Source: Patescibacteria group bacterium UBA4787
GTDB lineage: Bacteria > Patescibacteriota > Patescibacteriia > UBA2591 > UBA4787
DNA: 64,000 bases
Assembly: GCA_002402995.1 (NCBI GenBank)
Contig: DHGX01000003.1
Coordinates: 3,765-67,764, forward strand
Reading direction: 5' to 3'
Shown here: in pieces, positions 10,535-20,482 of the stretch
Position numbering within the stretch: the stretch's first letter is position 1
How the letters are laid out: every line of letters starts with the position of its first letter
Position numbers and translations under genes: made by a program
Notes under the pieces: model-generated
Database searches by the model: none
What the model saw: only the letters and a program-made list of their open reading frames with translations
What the model was told of the DNA's origin: nothing

Positions 10535-13500
10535 ATGAAAAATTTTGGCCAAAAAATTTCAAAGAATTCGAAATTTTTGTGGTTATTGTTTATAGCAATT
10601 ATATTATCGCCTAATTTTGTTTTGGCGGCTCCCGCGCAAGACAATTCGCGCGGAACTTTTTACGACGACTTTACGAATATCGGCGGCGTTGCCTTGAGCG
10701 CGAATACCGAAGTAGACGTCGCGCATAATTGGATCGGCTTAAAGCCAGACGAACAAGGTGATTATCCGCTTTCCAGCACTTTTGATTTCACTGAAGATTT
10801 TTCCACTAATAATTTTAAGGATACAACTGATTCAATAGACATTGATTGGAATATTAATAATCGGAAATTAAAACTTTTTAAAGAGAATGATTGGACAAAC
10901 CCCGTTTCTATACCAGAAACTTATTTAGGCGGATTGGGCGTTGATACTAATACCAACAAGTTGTACGCTGGCACGGCCGCTAATCGGGAAATTTACGAAT
11001 TACAAGACGCGAGTTTTCAAAAAATGACTGGTCCATGGAACGATGGATGGTTTTATTCTTTTTCATCGTATCAAAATAAATTATACGCCAGCGGAAATAA
11101 TGGAGATTGGAGTACGAGCGACGGGATTTATGTTTACGATGGTTCTTCTTGGTCAATTTCTTCCGGCTCGCCCACAGAAGGATCTGGCAATTCAGCTATG
11201 GCCATGGCTGTTTATGACAATAAACTTTATCTTGGAACGCGCAATGATTTTAATTACGCCAAAGTTTTTTCTTTTGATGGCGCTTCTTGGCAAGACACGA
11301 ATGTCACCAGCACTCAAATAGCGTTTATTTCTTTAGTGGTTTACAATAACAAACTTTACGCCGGTTCGTCTAACGACTCAGGTTGGACAAATCCCGAGGT
11401 CTTTGTTTATGATGGCAATGCATGGAATTTATCAACTCAATGTCCAGACGCTTCTAGTGGAGCGGCACACTTGGTCGTCCACGACAACAAGCTTTATGCG
11501 TCCTGTGAGAATCCGTCTTATGGCAGTCGAATGTTTGTTTACGACGGCGATACTTGGTCAGCAATGGCAAACATAGATTATCGCGTTTATCAATTAATTT
11601 CCTACGATAACAAACTTTACGCCGCTACTTCCAACGGACTTTACGTTTTTGACAATAATTCGTGGGACTTAGAATATCCCGGTTCTGTCGGGGCATTAGC
11701 GGTTTATAATAATCGGCTTTATCTCGGTCTCGGCAATACTGCTAATATTGTTTCTATTGGCACAAATTTTAGTTATTCATCTTCCGGCGTCGCGGTTTCT
11801 CTAAAAATTAATGGCAACGCGTCTGGCGTTCAGTCAGCCAAAATTAGCCCGACCCAGATTCTAAATGGTCAAACCATTAATTATCAAATGTCAGCTGATG
11901 GCGGCAGTCATTGGGAAAATGTTACCCCAGGTTTAGAGCATATTTTTATCCACCCGGGCGATGATTTAAGATGGAAAACGGTTTTAACCACTTCAAACAT
12001 TAGTGCTTCGCCAGAAATTACCAATTTAGAAATTCAATATCAGGCAACTGCTTCCTCGGTCACTTCAATTTCTATCACTCCTTCAGAAGTCGGCTCTTGG
12101 GATAAAATCATTTTTAATCATACTTTAAATGACCAGGCCATTACTTATCAGATTTTGGACTCTTCGGACGCTTTAATACCTGATTCAGTTTTGCCGGGTA
12201 ACGCCGCGGGTTTTTCCGCTAGCGGTACTTCTATGACGATTGATTTGTATGCGCTTCCAAGCGCGACTTATCCGTCCATTAAAATTAAAGCGAATTTGCT
12301 CGCCAGTTGCAATCTTTATACCCCAACCATCAATTCCTGGAAAACTTACTGGATTAAAGCCAAAGCTGGCGATGATATCGCGTCCGGAGGCTCCGCTTCT
12401 TTTGACGCCACTTCTTCTGTTGGTGATAGCTACACCTGTGCCTGGGATTTTGACGTTTCTGATGGCGTTGATTGGAACAATCCTGATTCCAATTCTTGCC
12501 AACCCATTTATGATTATCGTTCCAATAAAGGAGGCGGCATTTACACCGCCTCTCTTAGGATTAAACAAGGAACTGCCACGGCTTATGATTATGACACTAA
12601 GGTCGTCACGGTTAATTTAGGTAGTAGTAGTGACGAAGAAAGCCCTAAATATTTAAATTTCTCCGCTAACCGCCGTATTTTATTGGCTGATTCCCCGAAT
12701 CAGAGCATAATTAGCGCTCAAGTTTTAAACAAAAATAAAAAAGCTGTACTCGACGGGACTACGATTGTATGGAGTCTTCTTTGCCCGAATCTAACCACGG
12801 ACTTCAAAGATCTTGCCTGTGGAACATTATCTAACAATCAAAGTTTGACGGCAAATGGCGCGGTTTCTACAATTTTTACGCCGGGACAATTAGCTGGTTC
12901 AATAATAGTAAGGGGTTGCGCGATCAACGGTGTCTGCGCCGAACAAGCCATCAAGGTGGCTCTTAAGCAGCGCGGAAAAATAATTTTGAAATCTAATTAT
13001 TCTATTTTGCCGGCTGACGGAAAGTCCAGAATAAAAATTTACGTTAAGGTATATGACCGTTATTTGAATCCTTGGTCAAATGTTGTTATTTCTTTAAAAT
13101 TGATTAGTTTAGGCGCGGATCAAAAAGAAATCAAATTCACAGGTGAACTGTCGTCAACAGAGATAAAAACAGACAATAACGGCGAAGCGCTTGTCTATTA
13201 TTCGCCGGGCGAACAAATCGGAAAAATAAAAATTAAAGCTAATATAGAAAGCAATCAATCGTTGAGCGGGTTCAGGGTTTTGAATAAACTGGCTTATTTT
13301 TTAAAATACCTCACGCCTTCTTTTTTAAAATCAACCGCCAGCCATTTTTTTAATTTTGTAATGGCGGCCACGGCCCCAAAAATTTACGCCCCATATCCAA
13401 TTCAACCCGTGCCCATAATTGAGCCCCTTCCGCTTCCGGAAGAAGAAATTCCAGAAGAAGAAATTGTTTTGCCGCCAAATGACGAAGAAGTGGTCGGAGA

Positions 13501-14917
13501 ACTTGACCTTGATTTAGTTGATTCAGAATTAATGACCACGATTGTTGAAGATGAACCTCAGCCATTAGTTCAACCTCCAGATCCATCTGCTCCTACGCCA
13601 CTTTCCGAACAGTCAGGATCCCAAATAGGTGTTCCTAGTGAGAGTTATTCATCAGCGCCGCCGCCGTTACCGGTATATCTTCGCGCTCCAGTTTCGATTC
13701 CTTCAGCAGAAGCCGCGCCGACTATTATTGAAATTCATTATCCCGAGACAAAAGCGGCAGAGACGGCCAGTGATCCGTCTGGCTTTACGGAAATAATTGA
13801 GAAAACAACCGATTTGACACAAAACACAATAAGCGCGGCAACCGTGATCGTTAAAAAAATTCACACAAATCCGACGGTTCAAACTGTTAATCAAGTCGTA
13901 GCGCCAACAGTCTCGGCTGTAACCGTTGCGGCTGTGGCCGCTTCCGGCGCGGCTTCAAGCGCCACCGCCGTTCCTTTATTCAATATGGCTGTTCTTTTAT
14001 TCACCCAGCCTTCGTATCTTTTGACTCGGAGAAGGAAATCATGGGGCACGGTTTATGACTCCCTGTCCAAAGAACCAGTCTCTTTGGCTATAATTCGTCT
14101 TTATGAAATAATTTCGCAAGCTAATGAACAAAATAAAACTAAGAAACTTATCCAAACCCGAGTAACAAGCGCGGACGGACGTTATTTCTTTTTAGTCAAA
14201 CCATATACTAATTATCAAATTGAAGTTGTTTGTAATGGTTATAAATTCCCCAGCCATATTCTGAAAGCAGGCGTTCAAGAAACCATTTATACGGATGTCT
14301 ATTACGGCGAAGTTTTTAATTCTAACGATAATACTATAATTAATCCGAATTTGCCGCTTGATTCGCAGGAGGGGAAAGTTTCTTTGGTCGGTTTTAACAA
14401 AAAAATTAAAACTATTTTTGCCGATTTAGAGCAGTTTCTAAAAGCGCCAATTAATGCAAAAGAAAAAGAATACCGAAGAATCAAAAAAGAGGCCTTGACC
14501 AAAAAGGCGCTTAGGTTTCTTGCTTATCTCGCGCCTATTTTAGGCTTTATTAATTTATTAATTTCACCCAATAAATGGACATCATTATTATTCATTTTGC
14601 AGTTATTAATGCTTTTGGTTTTCCGGTATTTTATTGAGAAGATTTTGCCATATAAACAACATCTAGGGCGCGTTTTTGATATTGACACCAATAAGAATAT
14701 CGGACAATCTTTGATTTATCTTTTTGAGCCGCAATTCGGGAAATTAATTCAAACGCAAATTGCCGACAATGACGGACTCTACGGATTTTTAATCGGCAAT
14801 CAGAAGTATTATTTAGTCGCCGAAAAACCCGGCTATGTTTTTCCCCAAGACAAGATGGAAATTGTCGGTCAGGTCGAAGGCATAGCTAAAAAAGATTTAG
14901 GTATGAAAAAAATCTAG
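10535..14917 (+). CDS. Giant secreted surface protein 2 (paralog of giant 1). Signal peptide; Kelch-like beta-propeller repeats; FN3/PKD-like shared module; Big_1-like Ig domains; acidic/Pro-rich linker; same C-terminal TM + 2x CarboxypepD_reg-like anchor
   Basis: ATG at 10535 (MKNFGQ…; track ORF begins at an upstream TTG, 10502). Signal …LLFIAIILSPNFVLAAPA echoes giant 1. Repeats YDNKLYAGT…VYDG..W (x7). Shared PKD module. EPLPLPEEEIPEEEIVLPP linker. C-terminal module as in giant 1. Confidence 0.8.
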   Translation: MKNFGQKISKNSKFLWLLFIAIILSPNFVLAAPAQDNSRGTFYDDFTNIGGVALSANTEVDVAHNWIGLKPDEQGDYPLSSTFDFTEDFSTNNFKDTTDSIDIDWNINNRKLKLFKENDWTNPVSIPETYLGGLGVDTNTNKLYAGTAANREIYELQDASFQKMTGPWNDGWFYSFSSYQNKLYASGNNGDWSTSDGIYVYDGSSWSISSGSPTEGSGNSAMAMAVYDNKLYLGTRNDFNYAKVFSFDGASWQDTNVTSTQIAFISLVVYNNKLYAGSSNDSGWTNPEVFVYDGNAWNLSTQCPDASSGAAHLVVHDNKLYASCENPSYGSRMFVYDGDTWSAMANIDYRVYQLISYDNKLYAATSNGLYVFDNNSWDLEYPGSVGALAVYNNRLYLGLGNTANIVSIGTNFSYSSSGVAVSLKINGNASGVQSAKISPTQILNGQTINYQMSADGGSHWENVTPGLEHIFIHPGDDLRWKTVLTTSNISASPEITNLEIQYQATASSVTSISITPSEVGSWDKIIFNHTLNDQAITYQILDSSDALIPDSVLPGNAAGFSASGTSMTIDLYALPSATYPSIKIKANLLASCNLYTPTINSWKTYWIKAKAGDDIASGGSASFDATSSVGDSYTCAWDFDVSDGVDWNNPDSNSCQPIYDYRSNKGGGIYTASLRIKQGTATAYDYDTKVVTVNLGSSSDEESPKYLNFSANRRILLADSPNQSIISAQVLNKNKKAVLDGTTIVWSLLCPNLTTDFKDLACGTLSNNQSLTANGAVSTIFTPGQLAGSIIVRGCAINGVCAEQAIKVALKQRGKIILKSNYSILPADGKSRIKIYVKVYDRYLNPWSNVVISLKLISLGADQKEIKFTGELSSTEIKTDNNGEALVYYSPGEQIGKIKIKANIESNQSLSGFRVLNKLAYFLKYLTPSFLKSTASHFFNFVMAATAPKIYAPYPIQPVPIIEPLPLPEEEIPEEEIVLPPNDEEVVGELDLDLVDSELMTTIVEDEPQPLVQPPDPSAPTPLSEQSGSQIGVPSESYSSAPPPLPVYLRAPVSIPSAEAAPTIIEIHYPETKAAETASDPSGFTEIIEKTTDLTQNTISAATVIVKKIHTNPTVQTVNQVVAPTVSAVTVAAVAASGAASSATAVPLFNMAVLLFTQPSYLLTRRRKSWGTVYDSLSKEPVSLAIIRLYEIISQANEQNKTKKLIQTRVTSADGRYFFLVKPYTNYQIEVVCNGYKFPSHILKAGVQETIYTDVYYGEVFNSNDNTIINPNLPLDSQEGKVSLVGFNKKIKTIFADLEQFLKAPINAKEKEYRRIKKEALTKKALRFLAYLAPILGFINLLISPNKWTSLLFILQLLMLLVFRYFIEKILPYKQHLGRVFDIDTNKNIGQSLIYLFEPQFGKLIQTQIADNDGLYGFLIGNQKYYLVAEKPGYVFPQDKMEIVGQVEGIAKKDLGMKKI

Positions 14918-14951
14918 GCTTTATCATAAAAATTTAGTTTCTTTAATCGAA

Positions 14952-14975
14952 AGAGCGGTTAAAGCCGCTCTTGAT
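14952..14975 (+). terminator. Hairpin terminator downstream of giant gene 2
   Basis: AGAGCGGttaaaGCCGCTCTT stem-loop followed by a T-rich tract. Confidence 0.5.
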
Positions 14976-15051
14976 TATTAAGTAAGAATAGGACGTTAGA
15001 CAAAATTGCGAACTCGGTTTATAATATAAAAATTAATAAATATTATTTTTT

Positions 15052-15693
15052 ATGGTTAACAAAAAATCAATTTGGGCAAAATTAGCCGCTATTCCAGAAG
15101 ATATTTTATCTCAGAAAGGAGAGAATATAGAAATCACAAAACGAGTGATCACTTTTAATAAGACGGTTAATTTGAAAAAAGAGACCGCCGTTGCTAAACC
15201 AGCCGAAACCGTTGAACTAAAGAGGGTTGAGAAAAAAGCAGAATCACCCAAAAATAAGAAATTCTTGTCCTTTTTTGAAAAATTATTAAAAAGGAGTCAG
15301 AAGCCGTTGAGAAAGAAAGAGGAGGATAAAAAAGAAAAATCCGAAGACGGCTGGCTTGAGCAAGATTTCCCTGGGCAGTTATCGGTTGACGTATGTCAGG
15401 AGGGAGATAGTCTGATTATCCAATCAACCATTGCCGGTGTTGAGGCGGATAATTTAGATGTTTCGGTTGAGCCGGATCTTATTACGATCAGGGGCGCGAG
15501 ACAAAGAGAGGTAGAGACCAAGGATAAAAATTATTTTTATCAAGAATGTTTTTGGGGTAAGTTTTCTCGAACTCTGGTTTTGCCTTATCCGGTTCAGCCA
15601 GACAAAGTTCGGGCTAAATTAAAAAATGGAATTTTAACCATTATCCTGCCCATCGTCCAAGAAAAGAATTCGTCCAGCGTAAAGATTAATTAA
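15052..15693 (+). CDS. Hsp20/alpha-crystallin family small heat-shock protein with long Lys/Glu-rich N-terminal extension
   Basis: C-terminal alpha-crystallin domain: …DVCQEGDSLIIQSTIAGVEADNLDVSVEPDLITIRGAR…FSRTLVLPYPVQPDKVRAKLKNGILTIILP. Confidence 0.7.
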   Translation: MVNKKSIWAKLAAIPEDILSQKGENIEITKRVITFNKTVNLKKETAVAKPAETVELKRVEKKAESPKNKKFLSFFEKLLKRSQKPLRKKEEDKKEKSEDGWLEQDFPGQLSVDVCQEGDSLIIQSTIAGVEADNLDVSVEPDLITIRGARQREVETKDKNYFYQECFWGKFSRTLVLPYPVQPDKVRAKLKNGILTIILPIVQEKNSSSVKIN

Positions 15694-15700
15694 TTCGACA

Positions 15701-17566
15701 ATGATTTTTTTTTCTATATTTAAAAAGACTGACAGCCGAATTTGGCAACGAATAATTTTTATTGCCATTTTCTTGCTGATCCTGGTTTTTTTTAGTTTAA
15801 TTGTTACCGGTTTTTGGTATGAACAAACGAACACCAATAAGATTTATCCCGGTATAACAATCGGCAAGTTTGAGTTGGGCGGACTAACCAGAGAAGGAGC
15901 GCTTGATTTATTAAAGCCGTTGATAACGGAGTTCGAAAAGAGAGGGATGCCATTTTATATTTTGACAGAAAAAGAGAGAAAGGATTTTTATGTGCGGCCG
16001 TTGTTTGTTGCGATCAGCGATCCCGATCTTTCCCGTCGTGTTTTGATTTTTGATTTGGACGAGACTGTTAAACAAGCTATGGCTATCGGTCGAGAGGGTA
16101 ATTTTTTAAAAAGATTTTATGAAATAAATATATCCGCCCTACGCCATCATAATTTAACAGCTTCTTATTATCTATCAAAAGACGATCTAAAAAATACTTT
16201 AATTGAATCCATTGGAAATTTTGAGCAGAAGCCACGGGATGCTTCTTTTTACTTATTGAAAAATGGGCAGATAGAATTGGTTACGGAAAAAAGCGGCGTG
16301 GTTTTTGATTATGACGCGGCTATTAATCACGAAATAGCTAATTTAGAGAATTTGAAATACGAACCAGTTTATGTCCCGTCAATCGAACAACAACCAGCCG
16401 TCAAAATAGAAGACGTTCGTACGCTTTTACCCAAGATTCAAGATTTTTTAAATCAGGCGCCAATGATTTTAACATACCAGAACAAAGAATGGTCGATCAG
16501 CCAGCAGGAATTATCTTCTTGGTTGCAAATAGAAAAAAATAAATTTAGCGGCGCTAGAATTATTTTAGCCGGAGAAATTGCTAATAATTATTTAAATATT
16601 TTAGCAAAACAAATTAACATAGAACCCAAAAATGGCAAACTTACAGTGGAAGAGAATAGGGTAACTGAATTCCAGCTTAGCCAGCCAGGCTTAATTCTAG
16701 ACATAGAAGCCAGCCGAAAAACTATCGTTGATAATCTAGAAAAGAAATTGAATCGCATCGAGTTGGTGGTCAATAAATCACAACCAGAAATTTTAACAGA
16801 AGATATTAATGATTTGGGCATTAAAGAATTGGTGGGCGAAGGAGTGTCTAATTTCGCCGGCAGCCCTAAAAATAGGCGCCATAATATCGACGTGGGCGCT
16901 CAAAAACTGAACGGCGTTTTAATTAGACCGGGCGAAGAATTTTCGTTGGTAAAAGCTCTGGGCAAGATTGATGAGGTCGCGGGATTTTTGCCAGAATTAG
17001 TTATTAAAGGCGCGCGAACTATACCGGAATTAGGCGGCGGACTTTGTCAAATAGGCACCACGATGTTTCGGGTAGCTTTAAACGGCGGATTTCCTATAAC
17101 CGCCCGCACCCCTCATTCGTATCGAGTTGTTTATTATGAGCCAGCCGGCATGGACGCCACAATTTACAATCCACAGCCTGATTTAAAATTTATTAACGAC
17201 ACCAGCCATTATTTGCTTTTGCAAACAAAAATTTCTGACAATATGTTAATATTTGATTTATATGGCACAAGCGATGGCCGTAAAGTAGAATTAAGTCAGC
17301 CCAAATTAAGTAATATTGTTAAGCCTGGACCACCGCTTTACATTGAGAGCGAAGGATTAAAGCCGGGAGAGAAAAAGAAATTAGAAAGCGCTCATGCCGG
17401 AGCCAATGCGGAATTTATCAGAACAATTACTTCTGCTGACGGCACAATAAAAACTGAGCAATGGAAAAGTTATTATAAACCCTGGCAAGAAGTTTGGCTG
17501 GTTGGTAAAGAAAAAGTTATTCCGTCAGATAGCGTTGTTGATTCAACGGCCGAAAAGAAAAATTAA
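15701..17566 (+). CDS. VanW-family protein (N-terminal TM anchor, PG-binding-like region, VanW domain)
   Basis: VanW signature …ELGGGLCQIGTTMFRVALNGGFPITARTPHSY… preceded by an N-terminal TM helix. Confidence 0.7.
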   Translation: MIFFSIFKKTDSRIWQRIIFIAIFLLILVFFSLIVTGFWYEQTNTNKIYPGITIGKFELGGLTREGALDLLKPLITEFEKRGMPFYILTEKERKDFYVRPLFVAISDPDLSRRVLIFDLDETVKQAMAIGREGNFLKRFYEINISALRHHNLTASYYLSKDDLKNTLIESIGNFEQKPRDASFYLLKNGQIELVTEKSGVVFDYDAAINHEIANLENLKYEPVYVPSIEQQPAVKIEDVRTLLPKIQDFLNQAPMILTYQNKEWSISQQELSSWLQIEKNKFSGARIILAGEIANNYLNILAKQINIEPKNGKLTVEENRVTEFQLSQPGLILDIEASRKTIVDNLEKKLNRIELVVNKSQPEILTEDINDLGIKELVGEGVSNFAGSPKNRRHNIDVGAQKLNGVLIRPGEEFSLVKALGKIDEVAGFLPELVIKGARTIPELGGGLCQIGTTMFRVALNGGFPITARTPHSYRVVYYEPAGMDATIYNPQPDLKFINDTSHYLLLQTKISDNMLIFDLYGTSDGRKVELSQPKLSNIVKPGPPLYIESEGLKPGEKKKLESAHAGANAEFIRTITSADGTIKTEQWKSYYKPWQEVWLVGKEKVIPSDSVVDSTAEKKN

Positions 17567-17577
17567 AATATTTAATC

Positions 17578-18702
17578 GTGGAAATTAGACAAATAAAAAA
17601 TCAGAAAGAGTGGAATAGTTTGATTGCTTCTCAATATTTATCCCAGTTTTTACAGTCCTGGGAGTGGGGCGTCTTTCAGGAATCTTTGGGGCGAAAACTT
17701 TTTCGTTTAGCGCTTATTAACGAAAAAAAAGAAAATATTTTAGCGCAGGTTGTTAAGATGAAGCTTCCTCTTGGTTTTAACTATTTATATGTTCCCCGCG
17801 GCCCGATTTTTAACAAGACGAAAAACATCAATGGTCAAGAAATAATCAACGAGATCTGTCGATTGACCAGTGACGACAAAACTATTTTTTTGAAAATTGA
17901 ACCAACGTTTGCCGATCTTCCTCCCGCCTTAGCAGGATTAGAAGATCGAACATCCGCCGACTTGTCCGCCGTAACCCGTAGGGCGGAGGCGGGAGTCCAT
18001 TGGCTGAAGGACGAAGACGAATTATCACTCTTTTTGCTCGGGGATAAGATAGAAATATCCGGGCAATTAGTAAAAACCTCCCTTGTGCAACCCGAGCAAA
18101 CTATTATTTTGGACTTATCTAAAAGAGAAGATGATTTGTTGAAAGAAATGCATTATAAAACCCGTTATAATATCCGTTTAGCCCAAAAGCACGGTGTTAG
18201 AATAAAGACTTCTTCGGTCAGCGATCAAGACATTTCCATCTTTTTAAATTTATTAAAAATCACTTCCGTCCGCGATAGTTTTCGCGCCCATCCAGCCGAT
18301 TATTATCGCCAAATGTTCAAAATTTTGGGCAACGATAATCAAAATACATCGCCGGATAATTTTTTTATCAGACTTTATCAAGCCGAACGCCAAGGAGAAA
18401 TTTTAGCGGCTAATTTAGTGGGTTTTTTCGGCGATACAGTTACTTATCTTCACGGCGCTTCAAGCGATGAATCCAGGCAGGTCATGGCTCCTTATTTATT
18501 GCAATGGCAGATAATTTTAGACGCCAAGAAACAAGGATATCGTTATTATGATTTTTGGGGTATTGATGAAAAATTATGGCCGGGGGTTACGCGTTTCAAG
18601 ATAGGTTTTGGCGGCAAACGGATAAAATTTTTCGGCGTGTATGATTATATTATCAATTCGGCGGTTTATTGGTTGTATCGTTTCGCAAAAAAGATAATTT
18701 AA
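17578..18702 (+). CDS. FemAB-family peptidoglycan interpeptide-bridge aminoacyltransferase-like protein (GTG start)
   Basis: FemAB/GNAT-fold pattern (…NIRLAQKHGVRIKT…GASSDESRQVMAPYLLQWQIILDAKKQGYRYYDFWGI). Confidence 0.65.
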   Translation: MEIRQIKNQKEWNSLIASQYLSQFLQSWEWGVFQESLGRKLFRLALINEKKENILAQVVKMKLPLGFNYLYVPRGPIFNKTKNINGQEIINEICRLTSDDKTIFLKIEPTFADLPPALAGLEDRTSADLSAVTRRAEAGVHWLKDEDELSLFLLGDKIEISGQLVKTSLVQPEQTIILDLSKREDDLLKEMHYKTRYNIRLAQKHGVRIKTSSVSDQDISIFLNLLKITSVRDSFRAHPADYYRQMFKILGNDNQNTSPDNFFIRLYQAERQGEILAANLVGFFGDTVTYLHGASSDESRQVMAPYLLQWQIILDAKKQGYRYYDFWGIDEKLWPGVTRFKIGFGGKRIKFFGVYDYIINSAVYWLYRFAKKII

Positions 18703-18706
18703 TTTT

Positions 18707-18781
18707 GCCTCCATAGTTCAACGGATAGAATGTGGGCTTCCGGAGCCCAAGATAGGGGTTCGATTCCTCTTGGAGGCACCA
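18707..18781 (+). tRNA. tRNA-Arg (anticodon CCG), CCA encoded
   Basis: Cloverleaf GCCTCCA / GTTC…GAAT / TGGGC-TTCCGGA-GCCCA / GGGGT-TCGATTC-CTCTT / GGAGGC-ACCA; anticodon loop positions 34-36 = CCG. Confidence 0.85.
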
Positions 18782-18966
18782 ATAAAGGCGGACATGCTTG
18801 CCCAATCAGCGGACCTGTCCATCCGTAGTTTCGCAGAGCGGAACGTTCGCTCGGCAATAAAAAGATTTTACTAATAATTCGGAATGAGGGCTGGCGATAT
18901 CGCTGGTCCTCATTGTTCTAAAATTTTTAATTAGCGCGGGTTTTTAATTTATGATAAACTTAAACA

Positions 18967-20349
18967 ATGGACATAGATAAATTAAGAAAAGTTTATATTG
19001 TCGGCATCGGCGGCATCGGCGTTTCCGCGATTGGCCGCTGGCTTAATAAATTAGGAGTCGAAGTCAGCGGTTCTGATTTAACTAATTCAATAATTACCCA
19101 AGAACTGGAGAATTTGGGCATAAAAATATTTTTTGGACACAAGAAAGAAAATATTTCAGATGATTTAGATTTAGTTATTTATTCTTCGGCCGTGCCTTTT
19201 GATAATCCCGAAAGGATTGCGTCTCGCGCTTTAGGAATTAAAGAATTATCTTACAATGAATTTTTAGGCGAAATTTCTAAAGATTATTTTACTATCGCCA
19301 TATCCGGCACTAACGGGAAAAGCACAACCACGGCCTTAGCCGGCTTGATATTCGAAGCGGCAAATTTAGACCCCACGGTAATCGTGGGTAGCCGGGTTAA
19401 GGAGTGGCAAGGAAATTTTCGTTTAAGCGACTCAAATATCAAAAGGCTTAATACCCCCCTTATCGTTGAAGCTTGCGAGTGGCGAGCGCACATGCTTGAT
19501 CTTTTTCCGAAGGTAATTGTTTTAACTAATATCGAAGAGGACCATTTAGATTATTATCATGACTTAAATCATATTATTAACACCTTTCAAGAATATGTAG
19601 ACAAGTTGTCGCCCGACGATTTTTTAATTTTGAACGCTGACGATTCCAATATAGCCAAATTAAAACCGAAATGCCGCGTCATTACTTATGGCATTAAAAA
19701 TCGAGCCGATGCAATGGCCCAAAATATAGAATTTTTAACCGGATTAACGCGCTTTGATTTATTTTTCAAAAATGAAAATTTAGGGAAAGTAGAATTAGCG
19801 GTGCCGGGCGAATTTAATGTTTATAACACGCTGGCCGCCGTTGCTTTGTCTTTAAAATTCGATATTAATTTTAAGGTTATTCAAAAAACACTAAAAAGTT
19901 TTGAGGGGATTTGGCGCAGATTTGAGATTATTAAAAACGATCACGCGCTCACCGTTGTCTCTGATTACGCGCATCACCCCACGGCCATTAGAGAAACCAT
20001 CAAGGCCGCCAAAGGTTTTTTCCCTAATCGTCGATTGGTAGTAATTTTCCAGCCCCACCAACACAATCGGACTAAAAGTTTATTTAAAGATTTTGTTCGA
20101 AGTTTTACCCTGGCGGACCTAATTATTTTGGCGGAAATTTATGATGTGGCGGGGAGAGAAAGCTTAGAAGACCAGGATATAAGCTCAAGAGATTTATTGG
20201 AGGCGGTTAAAGAAAACAAGCAGAATCAGGTCTTTTATGCTGTTTCGCCGAGAGAAACAGTTGACCTTTACAAAAATAACCAACAAGCCAGAGATGTAGT
20301 TATAATAATGGGCGCTGGCGATATTTATGAAATTGCGGATAAAATTTAA
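18967..20349 (+). CDS. murC: UDP-N-acetylmuramate--L-alanine ligase
   Basis: N-terminal …VGIGGIGVSAIGRWL…; Mur ligase P-loop AISGTNGKSTTTAL; length 460 aa. Confidence 0.85.
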   Translation: MDIDKLRKVYIVGIGGIGVSAIGRWLNKLGVEVSGSDLTNSIITQELENLGIKIFFGHKKENISDDLDLVIYSSAVPFDNPERIASRALGIKELSYNEFLGEISKDYFTIAISGTNGKSTTTALAGLIFEAANLDPTVIVGSRVKEWQGNFRLSDSNIKRLNTPLIVEACEWRAHMLDLFPKVIVLTNIEEDHLDYYHDLNHIINTFQEYVDKLSPDDFLILNADDSNIAKLKPKCRVITYGIKNRADAMAQNIEFLTGLTRFDLFFKNENLGKVELAVPGEFNVYNTLAAVALSLKFDINFKVIQKTLKSFEGIWRRFEIIKNDHALTVVSDYAHHPTAIRETIKAAKGFFPNRRLVVIFQPHQHNRTKSLFKDFVRSFTLADLIILAEIYDVAGRESLEDQDISSRDLLEAVKENKQNQVFYAVSPRETVDLYKNNQQARDVVIIMGAGDIYEIADKI

Positions 20350-20400
20350 GCAAAGCTCGAAATTTCTTCACTCGTAGTCAAATCAAAAGAAGACTTTTGT

Positions 20401-20429
20401 TTGACAACCCCTTTTAGATGATTTATAAT
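20401..20429 (+). promoter_or_regulatory. Consensus sigma70-type promoter (TTGACA-17-TATAAT) upstream of clpP
   Basis: TTGACAaccccttttagatgattTATAAT exactly matches the -35/-10 consensus with 17-nt spacing, ~55 nt upstream of clpP. Confidence 0.6.
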
Positions 20430-20482
20430 ATTTTAATCTAATTAATTTAATAAATTTATTTAAACGATAAAAAGTAGTTTTT

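Noticed and set aside
2396-14917. Diversity-generating retroelement targeting the giant proteins
   Set aside because: No reverse transcriptase (no YxDD-containing ORF) and no template repeat/variable repeat pair with A-specific mismatches in the window.
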